From Octopus vulgaris (Eukaryota), in NCBI GenBank assembly GCA_951406725.2, contig OX597815.1, positions 75,268,001 through 75,332,000 of the forward strand: a DNA stretch of 64,000 nucleotides, read 5' to 3'. Shown one piece after another: positions 12,961 through 25,618 of the stretch. Below the pieces are notes generated by a model, which saw only the letters and a program-made list of their open reading frames with translations, did not search any database and was not told the origin of the DNA. Position 1 is the stretch's first letter; each line of letters begins with the position of its first letter. The position numbers and the translations under genes were made by a program.

Positions 12961-15589
12961 GTCTTCATTTGAACCAGGACTGCAGTTGTCTGAAAGAAGC
13001 ACACTGAGGATGAGCGTTCCTAACAAATGGCCATCACAACTGCTTATTGTCCAGGAATCTCTTGCTAGTACCGCTGTTTCAGTGTAAGACTTTTCATCAT
13101 CATACAAGACACACAGAGCTCTCCACTTGGAAGACGTCGGCAGCAAATGGACCATTTGACCGATAGAGCATGTCCTTTGCACAAGAAGCGAAAAATCAGA
13201 CGCTTTCAACTGGTCAGTCTAAAACTGGGGCAAGATGTGACGGTCGGACGGTAATGTACGAGATGATAGATATGTATGTATATTATACTTAAAAGGTAAC
13301 ATAAGAAAGAGCTTGGGTGGAGCCGTTAATTAAATAGGAAGAGCTGAATGATCCAATAAATATCTATAATCGTTCTATATACCCACCCCGCAACAAAAGC
13401 ATGAACACGCATATGCTTTAAATTATGCCGGTTATTTTTACTTTCGTTGACAAATGCACATAAACATTTGCACAGACACTCACTCTCATACACACAACCT
13501 CTCTCTCTCTCTCTTTCTCTCTGCGCCCATTATCTTCTTTCTTTCCCTCTCTCTCACTCTCTGACTCACACACAGACTTACAGACTAACACCTATTTTAA
13601 TATATATTTACATACTGCTATGCAAACATATAAAAAGCAAACAAAACCCATGCTATCACACACACATACACATAAAGAGATGTATGCAGATTTATATACA
13701 CATAAGATCAAATTGCCTACACAAAACAACTCTTACTTCCACCATCCCCATTACTTCTTCCATTCACCAGCAAAACTAACACTTATTAATGGAGGCTAAT
13801 TAGCTTTAATAATGTTTCAGGCAGCACCAGTCCGTACAGGATGAAGTTCCGGACAAATATTTCTTATTTGCACATGCATAATACAGCGAGCTTAACTTAA
13901 TGTATCTCCCAGCGCTTCATCTAATAGATATATTATATTCATCGCCTTTCTGTTCCAATGTGATCCTCTCGTTCCGGTTGGCATCGGGAAATTTACACAA
14001 TTTCCAAGGTATTCGCTCTGTGCAGATAAAAGGAACGAATTGAGTTTGTGATCAGAGCCGCGTCAGAACTACCATAATGCCGGACGTTCTATCACGTCTC
14101 GGTTAAAAAAAAAAAGTAAATAAACGTCAAAAAACAGCATCAGTAACAAAAATGAAATAAAATAAAATGAAAAGAAAGAAGGAAAACGAAAGAGACAGAG
14201 AGAGAGAAAAAGAGAAAAAATAAAAGAAACTGAGGAAGTCATTCGCTTGTTGACTTTCCCCGCTCCGGGTTCTATCTACATCAAATCCTTTTAAGCACTT
14301 TTATTCAATTAGTGTTGTGATCTGTTGTAAAATTGCTGAGATGGATTTTATGAGATGTGAATATGCTTAGTCAATTAAGGACTGTCACGCTGGTATTACA
14401 TCCCAACCCTGGTTACGATGGTACAAATCTTGACATACAAGCTCCATCACTGCATCACCGTACTGGAAGCTTCTTCCCACTATCAATCAGATCTGAACGC
14501 TACTTTACTACATCACTCTGTTGTATATCACCTATGTCTCTTTATCTGTCTTTACTCCACTCTCTATCCTTCCTGTCGCCCTTTTTGTCCCCATCTTTTT
14601 CTCTTTCTCTCGCTCATTTTCTCTGCTTTTCCACCCTAAAGTTATCAGAATTTCTCTCAATCTCTAGTTTCTCTGGTATGAACTAATTCTAGAAAGGGAG
14701 AGTGGAAAAAATTTATCGAATTTATATTTTTGTTTGATATTCTTTTAATTCTCTACGTTTGCGAGCTAAAATAGCCTCTATTGGTGTTTTCTTTTTTAAT
14801 CAGTAAGATATTCGATTTTATCTCACTTATTTGTCACTGAGAAGGAGATTACACTATAATCCTTTTAGAATATTATTTTCGCTGATGCTCGGCGGAATAA
14901 ACACGCAGTACTGATACCTTTACACGGAAGTGACGTGAATGGAGATGTCTATCAATAGAGAGAAATTCAAAAGGAAATGTCTTCAAGAGTTTCGTTTCTC
15001 AGGACAATTTTTTCCTTATAAACAGGAAGACGTGATAACAATTTGACATTACCTAAGTATATGACTGGTACTAACTTCATCGCTTTTCAGAAGAAAAATG
15101 AAGGGTTAATCATGAATGGCCGTGGTTAAAAAGCTGCTTTGCGACAACGCAGGTTAGGGTTCAGTCCCACGTAGCGAGTAAGTTTCTGTCTACCAAATTC
15201 ACTCACATGGTATTGGTCAGTTCGGGGCTATAATGGAAGATACTCGCCCAAGTTACCGCGCAATGGGACTGAACCAGGTTATAGGTGGTTGCAAAGCGAT
15301 CTTCTTAACCTCGCAACAATGCCAATGGTTATGCCTGCGTCTCCTTTATAAATGAAAAAGTCAGTTGCCTGAGTTGCCTGAGCTGTCGTAGATGTGTTTA
15401 ACAATGGTTGATTAGCTCTTGATCTAGAGATAAAAATAAGAGAAAGTGTTGATCTTCGTGCAGTAATATAGATTGTAGATGTACCGAGAAGCTAGAAAAC
15501 GGCATATCTCGTAGAAACGAAAGGGTGCATTGTGTTACAGACACTTAATTCTCGACGTCCGAGTTCAAGTAATTACGTTTTAATACGTT

Positions 15590-15790
15590 AGCAAGGCGGT
15601 GAACTGGTAGAAGAATTGTTGCCGGCACGTCGGACAAAATGCTTTTTACATCATGTGTTCAAATCCCGCTGAGGTTAGCTTTGCTTTTCATCCATTCGGG
15701 GTCGATAAAATAAAGAACCAGTCAGGTACTGGGGTCAACATAATCGACCTGTCTCTTCTCCTCAAAGCTTTTTTACTTTGAACCTTGTAA
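15590..15790 (+). mobile_element. SINE family A copy
   Basis: AAGGCGGTGAACTGGTAGAA...GTTCAAATCCCGCTGAGG...GGGGTCGATAAAATAAAG. Confidence 0.75.
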
Positions 15791-16369
15791 CAGACCAGCG
15801 ACCCGTTCAAGGGGAATATTGTGATATCAGTCACTTATACGCCATGGAAACCGGCCTTATGAGTACTAGGGCTAAAAAAAAAAAATATACGTGTACGTAG
15901 CATATTAGTTGTGTTATTTTGCAGGATGACATTTGGGTTTCGTATGTAGTATGTGTTTAGTGTCGGTGCTTTGCTGCAGAACAGGTATGTAGTTTGTATC
16001 GTATGAATGGGTTGCAACTGCCTAGAATGTGATTTATACGAATTGCCAGTGTTATAATGTCATCTATTGGTTATGTAGAAATCTGTAGTGATATTTTATT
16101 GAGTGCTGATCGTGTAGAGTATGTGTTCTACGAATTATTGTATTGTATTGGGCAAATTACTTTATAGAATATGTGCCGTATGCGAAGAGAGTGTACTATT
16201 TGAGTTGTGCTACTGAATTGAAAGTGTCTTACATAGGATGTACTTAGCAGAGTTATTTTTGGAGAATGTGCATGATGTGGTAATCCGAGTTATGATTTAT
16301 ATGCTTTTAATAATATTTTTGTCACTCATCGTGCTGCAACTGTTACTGGTATTGTTTCTACAATAGACA

Positions 16370-17000
16370 TAAGCCTTGGTATTTCAAGGGAAGGAGGAAG
16401 TCATTATACCAGTTCTAGTGATCTTCTGGTACTTTATTTGATCGACGCCGAAAATAAGAAAGGCAAAGTTGACCTCAGCTGAATTTGAACTCAGAACATA
16501 AAACCTGAAGAATTTCCGGTAAGCATTTTGTCCGACGAGCAAACGATTCTGCCTGCTTGTTGTCTAATGATTATTTCAAATTTTTGCTACAAAGGCAACT
16601 TGGAAAAGGTAGGGATGAGTCGATTACATCGAACCCCACTGTTCAATTGGTACTTATTTTATCGACTTCGAAAGGATGAAAGGCAAAGTCGACCTCGGCG
16701 GAATTTGAACTCAGAACGTAGCGACTGGCGAAATATCGCTAAACATTTCGTCCAGCGTGCTAAATTGCTGTCGTTAATAATAATAATGGTTTCAAATTTT
16801 GGCACAGAGCCAGCAGGTTTTTGAATGGAGGGGCAAGTGGATTACATAGACCCCAGTACTTGACTGGTACTTATTTTATCCACCCCAGAAGGATGAAAGG
16901 TAAAGTCGACTTCAGTAGAATATGAACTCAGAACACAAACACGAACTAAATGCCGCTAAACATTTTTGTCCGGCTTGCTAGCAATTCTCCTAGCTCTTCG
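16370..17000 (-). mobile_element. Three adjacent SINE family A copies
   Basis: Three occurrences of AAAGG(C/T)AAAGT(C/T)GAC...GAACTCAGAAC, each with its own tail. Confidence 0.8.
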
Positions 17001-17693
17001 TCTTCGATGATGATGATAATAATTCTTTCTTTGTTAGCCACAAGGGCCGCAATAATAATACGAATAATGTCATGATCTTTATACCGTACTATGTCGTTGG
17101 TTTATGTGACTGCAGTGACGTATTGTCATAAATAAGGAACATATTTTATATTTGGTGGAAAATATCTCCACATGATTCCCAACAAAATGTCCGTTTACTT
17201 CGCAATTTAAAATGTTATTCTGTAACCTTTACAAGCAACCCCGTTCTTAAATTCTGCTTAATTACATTTTATTTAGCCCGGAGCTGTCTCATCGTCCTCT
17301 CATATATTACAGACTCGCTCTCACTGTTTTTCTATCTCTCGTCGTCTGTTTCTTCGTCTCTCTTTCTCGCCTCTTTTCCTCCCATTTTCACCCCACCCCC
17401 TCTCTCTCATTTCAGTTAGTTTCAGTTTCTCACTCAAACTCAACTTGTTTGGCTTGGCTCCTCTCACTGTCTTTTTCTGTCTGTCCGTCTGTCTGTCTGT
17501 CTGTTTCCCTCTCTCTCTATATATATCTCGCTCGCTCTTCCTCTCTCTTTCTCTCTCCTTCGTTCTATTTCTTTCTCCCTCCCTCCCTCCTTCCATCTCT
17601 CTCCCTCTCTCTCTCACACACACATGCACACACACATTCATGCAAACATTCATTCTCTATACATAGGTTATCATATTGATATGCCTACATACA

Positions 17694-17726
<33 letters not shown>

Positions 17727-17919
17727 GTGAAAACTCTCTATCTCTCTCTCTCTCTCTCCCTTACTCTCTTTCTCTCTCACCGTCCTTGTATCTCTTCTCT
17801 AATTCTGCTCTCTCTACTCCTCTTAAAGACAATGTAAATTCTCTATCTACCTCTCCTTAAATTATTCTCTTTTTTTTATAATTTCCCAACACCCACACTT
17901 TCCGTTTCTCTTCATTAAT

Positions 17920-17963
<44 letters not shown>

Positions 17964-18884
17964 TCCCCCATCTCTCTCTCTCTGTCCCGCTCTCCCTCTA
18001 CTATTTCAGTTTCTCTTCAACTTCTTCCCACTTCCCCCTCTTTCCGTTTTTCTTTATCTACTCCCCTTTCTCTTATTTTAGCTTCTCTTTATTTACTCTT
18101 TCTCTCTCTGTCTCTCTCTCCTCTTTCAGTTTCTCTTTATCTACACATACACTCTCTCTCTCACTTACTCAGTCACTCAGTCACTCACTCACTCTTACTA
18201 CCACCCCTCTTTACTTTCACGAATTACACTTTTTTCATCTATCATACCTATCTTCTTTATATTTATTATATTTTCCTTGTTTTTCTTTCTGTATTGTTTA
18301 TATTATAGCTAATATCTGTCTTTTTTATGTTTTTCATTGTGTTTTATCTATCCTGTTTTGTTATAACTTCTTTATTATACTCCTCGATATGATAAACACT
18401 ACAGGCACCTCCACCCAAACACCCACCCATCCCTACATCTCACCTCTGATTCCATCCCACACTCCCAACCCTTAGCGACCGCGCACGTGCTGCAGCCTAC
18501 TGCTCATACCTTCCCCACACTCCGACACGAAGAATAACAAAACATCCTCCCCGCCACAATAAAATACCCCCACCTCACGCCGTCAACTATCCTGTCATGT
18601 CGTCATCACTAACATCGTCAGCACCAACAACAGCACTATTGTGATCACCACCACGACAATTTACTATCAAAACCATCGGTCAACAACAGGAAAATATCCA
18701 ACAAAAAAGTTAGGATTATGTATAAAACGAAGTCAGGTTGGTAGCATCAAAACACGGCGTTCCATACCCTGCCCATCTACCCTAACTTTTATAGGGAAAA
18801 ACGCGCGTGTCTTGGGCGGCAATTAAACGATTAACAACCTACCCTGTAAATAAGCCAGCAGCAATAAATGTGCGAATGTATGGA

Positions 18885-18899
18885 TGTTTGCATATGTGT

Positions 18900-18944
<45 letters not shown>

Positions 18945-19022
18945 CATGTGTGTGTACACACATACTTACGTACATACAAATACAAACATATACACACTAT
19001 ATGCACACAACCGTGTGTGTGC

Positions 19023-19065
<43 letters not shown>

Positions 19066-19068
19066 TAC

Positions 19069-19109
<41 letters not shown>

Positions 19110-19118
19110 CATATATAC

Positions 19119-19173
<55 letters not shown>

Positions 19174-19280
19174 CATGTATATACACATATGAATAATTTT
19201 TGTATGTGTACATATATAGATACACATATATACATATATGCACTTTTATACATACACACATATTTTGTGTAGATATGTAT
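18885..19280. repeat. (TG)n/(TA)n microsatellite block
   Basis: Direct inspection. Confidence 0.95.
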
Positions 19281-19286
19281 GCAAAT

Positions 19287-19813
19287 ATCATATGGTGTAA
19301 AAGAAAGAAAGTGGTAAACCTAGTCGAGTTAACGTTTCCTCATGAAGATAACATGGACGCTGCTTTGGCTTAAAAGATTGACCGTTATGTAAACTCCTCG
19401 AGGAATGCGAAGACGCAGGACGGAAAGCGGACCATTTTCCAAAGTCGTATGTAGGGGATTCGTTGGACACAGTGTGGGGCGACTGTTGTTATCGTTAGAC
19501 CTAACTCATTGTAAAGGAAATACCACCGTGAGTAATATCCAAACTACAGTGGAAAAAAGGCAAGCCACTGGATTTGGTTAAAAAGAGACGATGAGCAATG
19601 GCTAGAAGAATATTGAGCTAAATCTGATGACCAGTTTATCTAGTAGGCGGGACCTCATTTCACCGAGGGAGACCGGTAGCAATGATACCGTCAAGAGGTA
19701 GGCCCCGAAACGGCGCACGCATTCTCTCCTGATGACCTCATAAACTTGCTGACATCCGGTATGCGGAGGCTCCAACTGGCAGCACTTGCACCTGCAAGTT
19801 GTTTACAAGACAT
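19287..19813 (+). mobile_element. 3' fragment of a restriction-like-endonuclease non-LTR retrotransposon, HERO-like
   Basis: Frameshifted translation IIW...[15 protein letters not shown]...KLLEECEDAGRKADHFP..VVCRGFVGHSV resembles the HERO RLE motif ELTVPWE...PVEVGCRGF. Followed by a GC-richer 3' UTR and flanked by TA-rich repeats. Confidence 0.8.
19687..19739 (+). ncRNA. Candidate non-circularly permuted hammerhead ribozyme in the HERO-like 3' UTR
   Basis: ccG-TC-aagagg (19688-19698), GAAA-cgg (19707-19713), tctctc-CTGATGA (19723-19735). Stem III ccg/cgg, stem I 5 of 6 pairs, stem II weak (cct/agg). Confidence 0.6.
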
Positions 19814-20352
19814 ATTATATATATATGTATATGTATACATACATACATACGTACATACACAGACACACACACACACACTGTTTATTTGGGTCCAGTTAGT
19901 CTCTTACTACTCTAATTTTCACCCGTTTATGCACAATGTCTTCAGGTAAATTACGTGCTTCAACTTGCCTAAAGACACTGTGCAACCATACGCCAAACTC
20001 AGAGCATCAAGAGACTAACTCAACGAATGGATGCGTGTATAAAAAAAATAACCATAAAAAAAACAGCTGTGTATGCAAGGCATACACACATATATATATA
20101 TAGAGAGAGTTACTGTTTCGTTATTTGTAGGATTAACAAAAGAAGTACTGCATCCAGTGAGGGATAAATATAATTTGATCTGAACAGTATTCAAATGTTT
20201 CATGCTATACATACATACATACATACATACATACATACATACATACATACATACAAACATACATACATACATACATGCATGCATACATACATACATACAT
20301 ACATACATACATACATACATACATACATACATACATACATACATACATACAT

Positions 20353-23245
20353 AGATGGGACCTTACCCTTATAAAATTCAGGACCGATATCTCTATTACC
20401 CTGTATAAACAAACAATCCTGTTACAAAGCCAAATACGAAGCAATCGATAACCCAATTGAAGATGAAATATCAAAACTAGCAATCTAGGGGGAAAATGCG
20501 AGAACTATGGACCAAAGATATCTCAAAAACGAAGAGAGCAAATCAAGAAAATTATGGCAGCAGAATCAACTATTCCTCGATAAATATGCTACCAATTACG
20601 GTAAAGACTGTAGAACTCAGAGAAATAACAGTGAAAGAGAACAATCTCACCAACGTAACAAAAGCCAGAACATGGGGCAACATGGACGCTCCACCACGAG
20701 TTAAAGAGGAACTATGATAAGAACTCTTCCCTTTTCGTAATCAAACACTCTAATATACACAATATAAACAAAAAAACATAATCAAGATAAATATTCCTTT
20801 GATCAGGCCATTAGAAGTAGAAATAATAGATCATTTTCAAAACCTCAACAAAGACTACCTGCAAAAAACTGAGAATAAAAGAACCGATCAAGAACCGGAA
20901 ACAAATTGAAAAATAAAATGTATAATTCCAAAAATAGGACACAAAACATAACAAAGCCAGGTAAAATAACACAACTAAAACACAATCTTCAAGTTAACAC
21001 CAACAGAAATGGAAATCACAAACAGAAAAAAATTCATTTTTTTTTAATGTCAGGACAACAAACACCGGAGAAAGAAAAATTCCAAGAGGAAACATACCCA
21101 AAACAACTGGACATATAGATCCTAAGATAATTAATTGTTCCAAAAGAGATCTTGACAATGATGTAATCCAACTCCTGTTAAAAGGCCTAAACTTTACAGC
21201 TACACCAACAGTCAACCACCATGAACTAAAGGAAGATATCCAAAAATTCTGTCGTAGGTTGCGACTTGTGGAATTCTTTACTAACAACAACAGCAGCAGC
21301 AACAACAACAACAACAACAATAATGAGACCGAAGAATTCTTAGTAAGGAATAAATCAAATTTCACCCCACCAAATGGCAGAAATATCTACCATGACCAAT
21401 ATATTGACATCCTATCAAAACTTTCCCCTAAAACATAGTACTAAGTTTAGGCTTAATGTTAACAAATCAGAGATATCTGCACTTAAACGTATGCAAAGCG
21501 ATGAAACAATAATAATTTAACAAGCAGATAAAGAGGGTGCAATTGTTATTATGAATGTGGAATACTATAAAATTTGGTTGATGACCAACTGAAGGATACA
21601 ACCTTCTATTGTGAAATACCCTCTAATATAGATCACCACATCATGAAGAAGATCAACTATCTGGTTTCAAAACACTACAACTCACTCACTGACAATGAAA
21701 GAGAATACATCACCAATTTCGAGCCAAAACCCAGCAACTTTTACGGCTTACCAAAAATACATAAGTCAGAAGATATTCAACAGGCAGTAAAAGAACAAGG
21801 AAGTGAATACATAAAATTACTATATCCAAAAGACTTAAAACTTAAACCAATTATAGCTGGCTCAGCATGCCCTACCCATCGTCTAAGCAATTTCATCGAC
21901 ATTATTTTGAAACCTCTATGTACTTACACACCCAGCTTCATTCGGGGTGACATCGATTTCCTGTCTCATCTTCCCAAAACATCTGAAACAAACTCAATCC
22001 TACTGAGCTTTGATGTTGTAAGCCTGTACACCAATATCCCACATGATTTAGGAATAAAAGCGATTAAATACTGGGTAGATAATCATAGAGAAGCAATTCC
22101 CAACAAATTCACAGTGACATTTATATTAGACTCGAAAACAACACTTTCTTCTTCATTGGAAAGAACTACATCCAAATTAAAGGCACGTCTATGGGAACAT
22201 GGTTTGCTCCCGTTTACGCGAACTCGGTGATGAGATACTTAGAACAAAACTCTACCAGGAAATAGAAGAGAGATACAGCACTGAATTTAGGAAGTATATT
22301 GAAAAGACATCAAAGAGACACCTCGACGATTGCTTCATAATCTGGGCAAAATCTCGAAACACCATGGAAGAATTCAATATCCACCTGAACAACCTACACC
22401 CATCCATCCAATTTACAAAGGAGATGAGCAGTACCAAATTACCATTCCTAGATATAATAGTAATTAAAAAGAACACCACCATTACCACAGATATATATTA
22501 TAAACACACAGATAAACATCAATACCCGAATTTTAAATCGTGCCATCCACTGCATACAAAACGTAACGTACCATACTGCCTAGCTAGGAGAATCTGTACC
22601 ATTGTAGAAGATTTGAAGATCAGGAATTAGCACCTGATGGAACTGAAAGAATTTCTGCTCGAACAAAAATACCCGTCACTACTTATAGAAAATGGTATTC
22701 AGCGGGCTATGAAAATGCCCACTCAACAACTGAGGACAACACAAAGAAGAGAAAAATAAGAACAAATCATAACATTTATAGTGACGCACAATCCATGCCA
22801 CCAGAACATCTTCAATATCGCTAAAGCAAACCTACCAATCACTGCTCAAAGTAAGGAATTAAGAGATATTATAGACCAAAAAAAAAAAAAGTCTCAGTAA
22901 AAGACATCCTAAAAGCTTGAAAAAGTTATTAACAAAAGTAAGGTTTGACCTTAGCAACAAACACCAACCATTCACTGTGTCTAAATGCAATGATAGCCGA
23001 GCGGTGCATGCCAATTAATTCATACCGGCCCGTATATGAACACGAAAACGGGGAAAATATTCACAAGCGCAAATATGAACCTGCAAAAGTAGAAATTTAA
23101 TCTACTGCATCAAATGCCCGAATTGTGAAGAACTGTATGTTGGCCAGACAGGCTATGCACTATCAGAACGCTCACGTGTGCACCGACAACAAATTAAAAA
23201 TCCAGAAGTCCGCCAAATACCGCTGAGTAGATTTTTCCAGGATGA
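20353..23245 (+). mobile_element. Decayed Penelope-like element (RT plus GIY-YIG endonuclease)
   Basis: KGLNF, FYGLPKIHK, LKPIIAG, LLSFDVVSLYTNIP, KGTSMG, RHLDDCF, LPFLDI, DIYYKHT and SCHP motifs. Cys-rich linker, then NLIYCIKCPNCEELYVGQT (about 23095-23150). Multiple stops and frameshifts. Confidence 0.93.
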
Positions 23246-23272
23246 TCGACTTGATTGTACACAACACGCACA

Positions 23273-23320
<48 letters not shown>

Positions 23321-23449
23321 CCGTCTAATAATTCCTCTTACAAAGCATTGGTCTTGTAGAAAACACAGGCCTATGGTGCCACGCAGTGAAACTGAACCTG
23401 AAACCACATGGTTGTAAAGCGAACTTCTTGACTACACAGTCATGCCATC

Positions 23450-23522
<73 letters not shown>

Positions 23523-23624
23523 GCACATGCGCTCATGCACATACGTACCCACGCACGCACATACATACCTATGCACACATGCATACATACAGACATAGGC
23601 ACATACACAAAGGAGCATCGCAAT

Positions 23625-23890
23625 ACAATGGATGTGTGCCCGAGGAGTCTCGCATTGGTCTTATTGGTAGAACATCATCTGTTGTCGCTGTATAGACCAA
23701 CCTGTGAGTGACAGTTCTGGCAACAGTGACCTATATTTTAAGGTCCTACCTACAAATCTTGATCTGGTGCAGCGTCCTTTTTCGGTCGAATTTGATTTCT
23801 TTTGTATTAGTAAGCCTCCGTCTCTCCTGTCGCCTTTTTAAACACTTACCTAGGTTTATTCTCCAGCGGGAGCAACTAACGACAATATAT
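23625..23890 (-). mobile_element. RTE (BovB-like) LINE 3' fragment
   Basis: Minus-strand translation CCQNCHSQVGLYSDNR*C resembles the RTE C-terminal motif C..C.R.CHSRIGLYSH.R.C. Confidence 0.55.
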
Positions 23891-24002
23891 AACTTCATGT
23901 TTTTCATGCAGATAATTAGAGAAACAAAGATGGAGGCATTCCTGTCTTCTCTTTTGAGAGGCAAGTTATCCATACAGCAATGGATTGGCAGAATTGTTCT
24001 CG

Positions 24003-24101
<99 letters not shown>

Positions 24102-24497
24102 TCACTCACACACACACAGATATCTAACTATTAATCTATTTTTCTACCCATCTACCACTCTCTCCATCTCTCTCCACACACACACACACACACACACATA
24201 TACTGGGAAGAGGGAGATGAAAGAAAGAAATGAAACAGTCATAAAACTTCTAACGCCTCCGGTCATCCTCAATCTCAGGTTTATAGTTATTGTTATCATT
24301 CTCATTTGTTCTCTAGGATTGCAGTAAAATCCAATAAGTACCGCAATTGGTCACAAAGTCACTCTTTTTCCTACTTGCAAAACATGCCAGTCTCCCTCGC
24401 TCTCCTTCTCATTCCTTCTGTCTCTTTCTGTGTGTGTATATATATATGTATATTCACACATTTATATATATATATATATAATACTATGTTTATATAT

Positions 24498-24528
<31 letters not shown>

Positions 24529-24692
24529 GTATATACAATGTTTATATATTACGTATATATATATATATATATAACTGTATAATAATATATCATAATAATA
24601 TTTTATTCTCGGATTTCAAGCGACAATTTTTAAATACAAACAAATGACTGAAAAATGATGAGCTAACCCCAGCCATTATTATTATTATTACA

Positions 24693-24743
<51 letters not shown>

Positions 24744-24804
24744 ATACTATGAGCCTTCAATAGTAGCTTCCCCTCTGTAACTTACAAAGTCTTATATATA
24801 TATA

Positions 24805-25185
24805 TGGAAGCACTCCGTCGGTTACGACGACGAGGGTTCCGGTTGATCCGAATCAACGGAACAGCCTGCTCGTGAAATTAACGTGTAAGTGGCTGAGCAC
24901 TCCACAGACACGTGTACCCTTAACGTAGTTCTCGGGGATATTCAGCGTGAGACAGAGAGTGACAAGGCCGGCCCTTTGAAATACAGGTACAACAGAAACA
25001 AGAAATAAGAATGAGAGAAAGAGTACAGCAGGGATCACCACAGTAGTGAAAGAGTACAGCAGAGATCACCACCATCCCTGCTCAAATAAACACTCACAAC
25101 GCCCGGTCTGGGAATCGAAACCGCGATCCTACGACCGCGATCCTACGACCGCGATCCTACGACCGCGAGTCCGCTGCCCTAACCA
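24805..25185 (-). mobile_element. SINE family C (tRNA-Arg-like head)
   Basis: Minus strand TGGTTAGGGCAGCGGACTCGCGGTCGTAGGATCGCGGTTTCGATTCCC. Body matches 50287-50666 and 54469-54755. Confidence 0.85.
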
Positions 25186-25251
25186 CATTTGAAGCAGCTG
25201 AGATACGATAGTTTTACCAAAAGAACCGGCATTTATATATATATTATAATA

Positions 25252-25301
<50 letters not shown>

Positions 25302-25346
25302 GCCGGTTCTTTTGGTAAAACTATCGTATCTCAGCTGCTTCAAATG
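25186..25346. repeat. Perfect inverted repeat (about 55-bp arms) around (TA)n
   Basis: CATTTGAAGCAGCTGAGATACGATAGTTTTACCAAAAGAACCGGCATTTATATAT and its exact reverse complement ending at 25346. Confidence 0.95.
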
Positions 25347-25529
25347 AAAATTGTTTAGCATTTTTCAAAAGTGTAGTAAGTCCCACATTCGACAGTTTTG
25401 CAAAAATATTTCTGACTAAAAAATATATATATACATATATACACATATTTATATCTATACTTATGTATATAAGTATATATATATACACACACATATGTAT
25501 GTATATATTTATGTATACATATCTATCTA

Positions 25530-25616
<87 letters not shown>

Positions 25617-25618
25617 AT

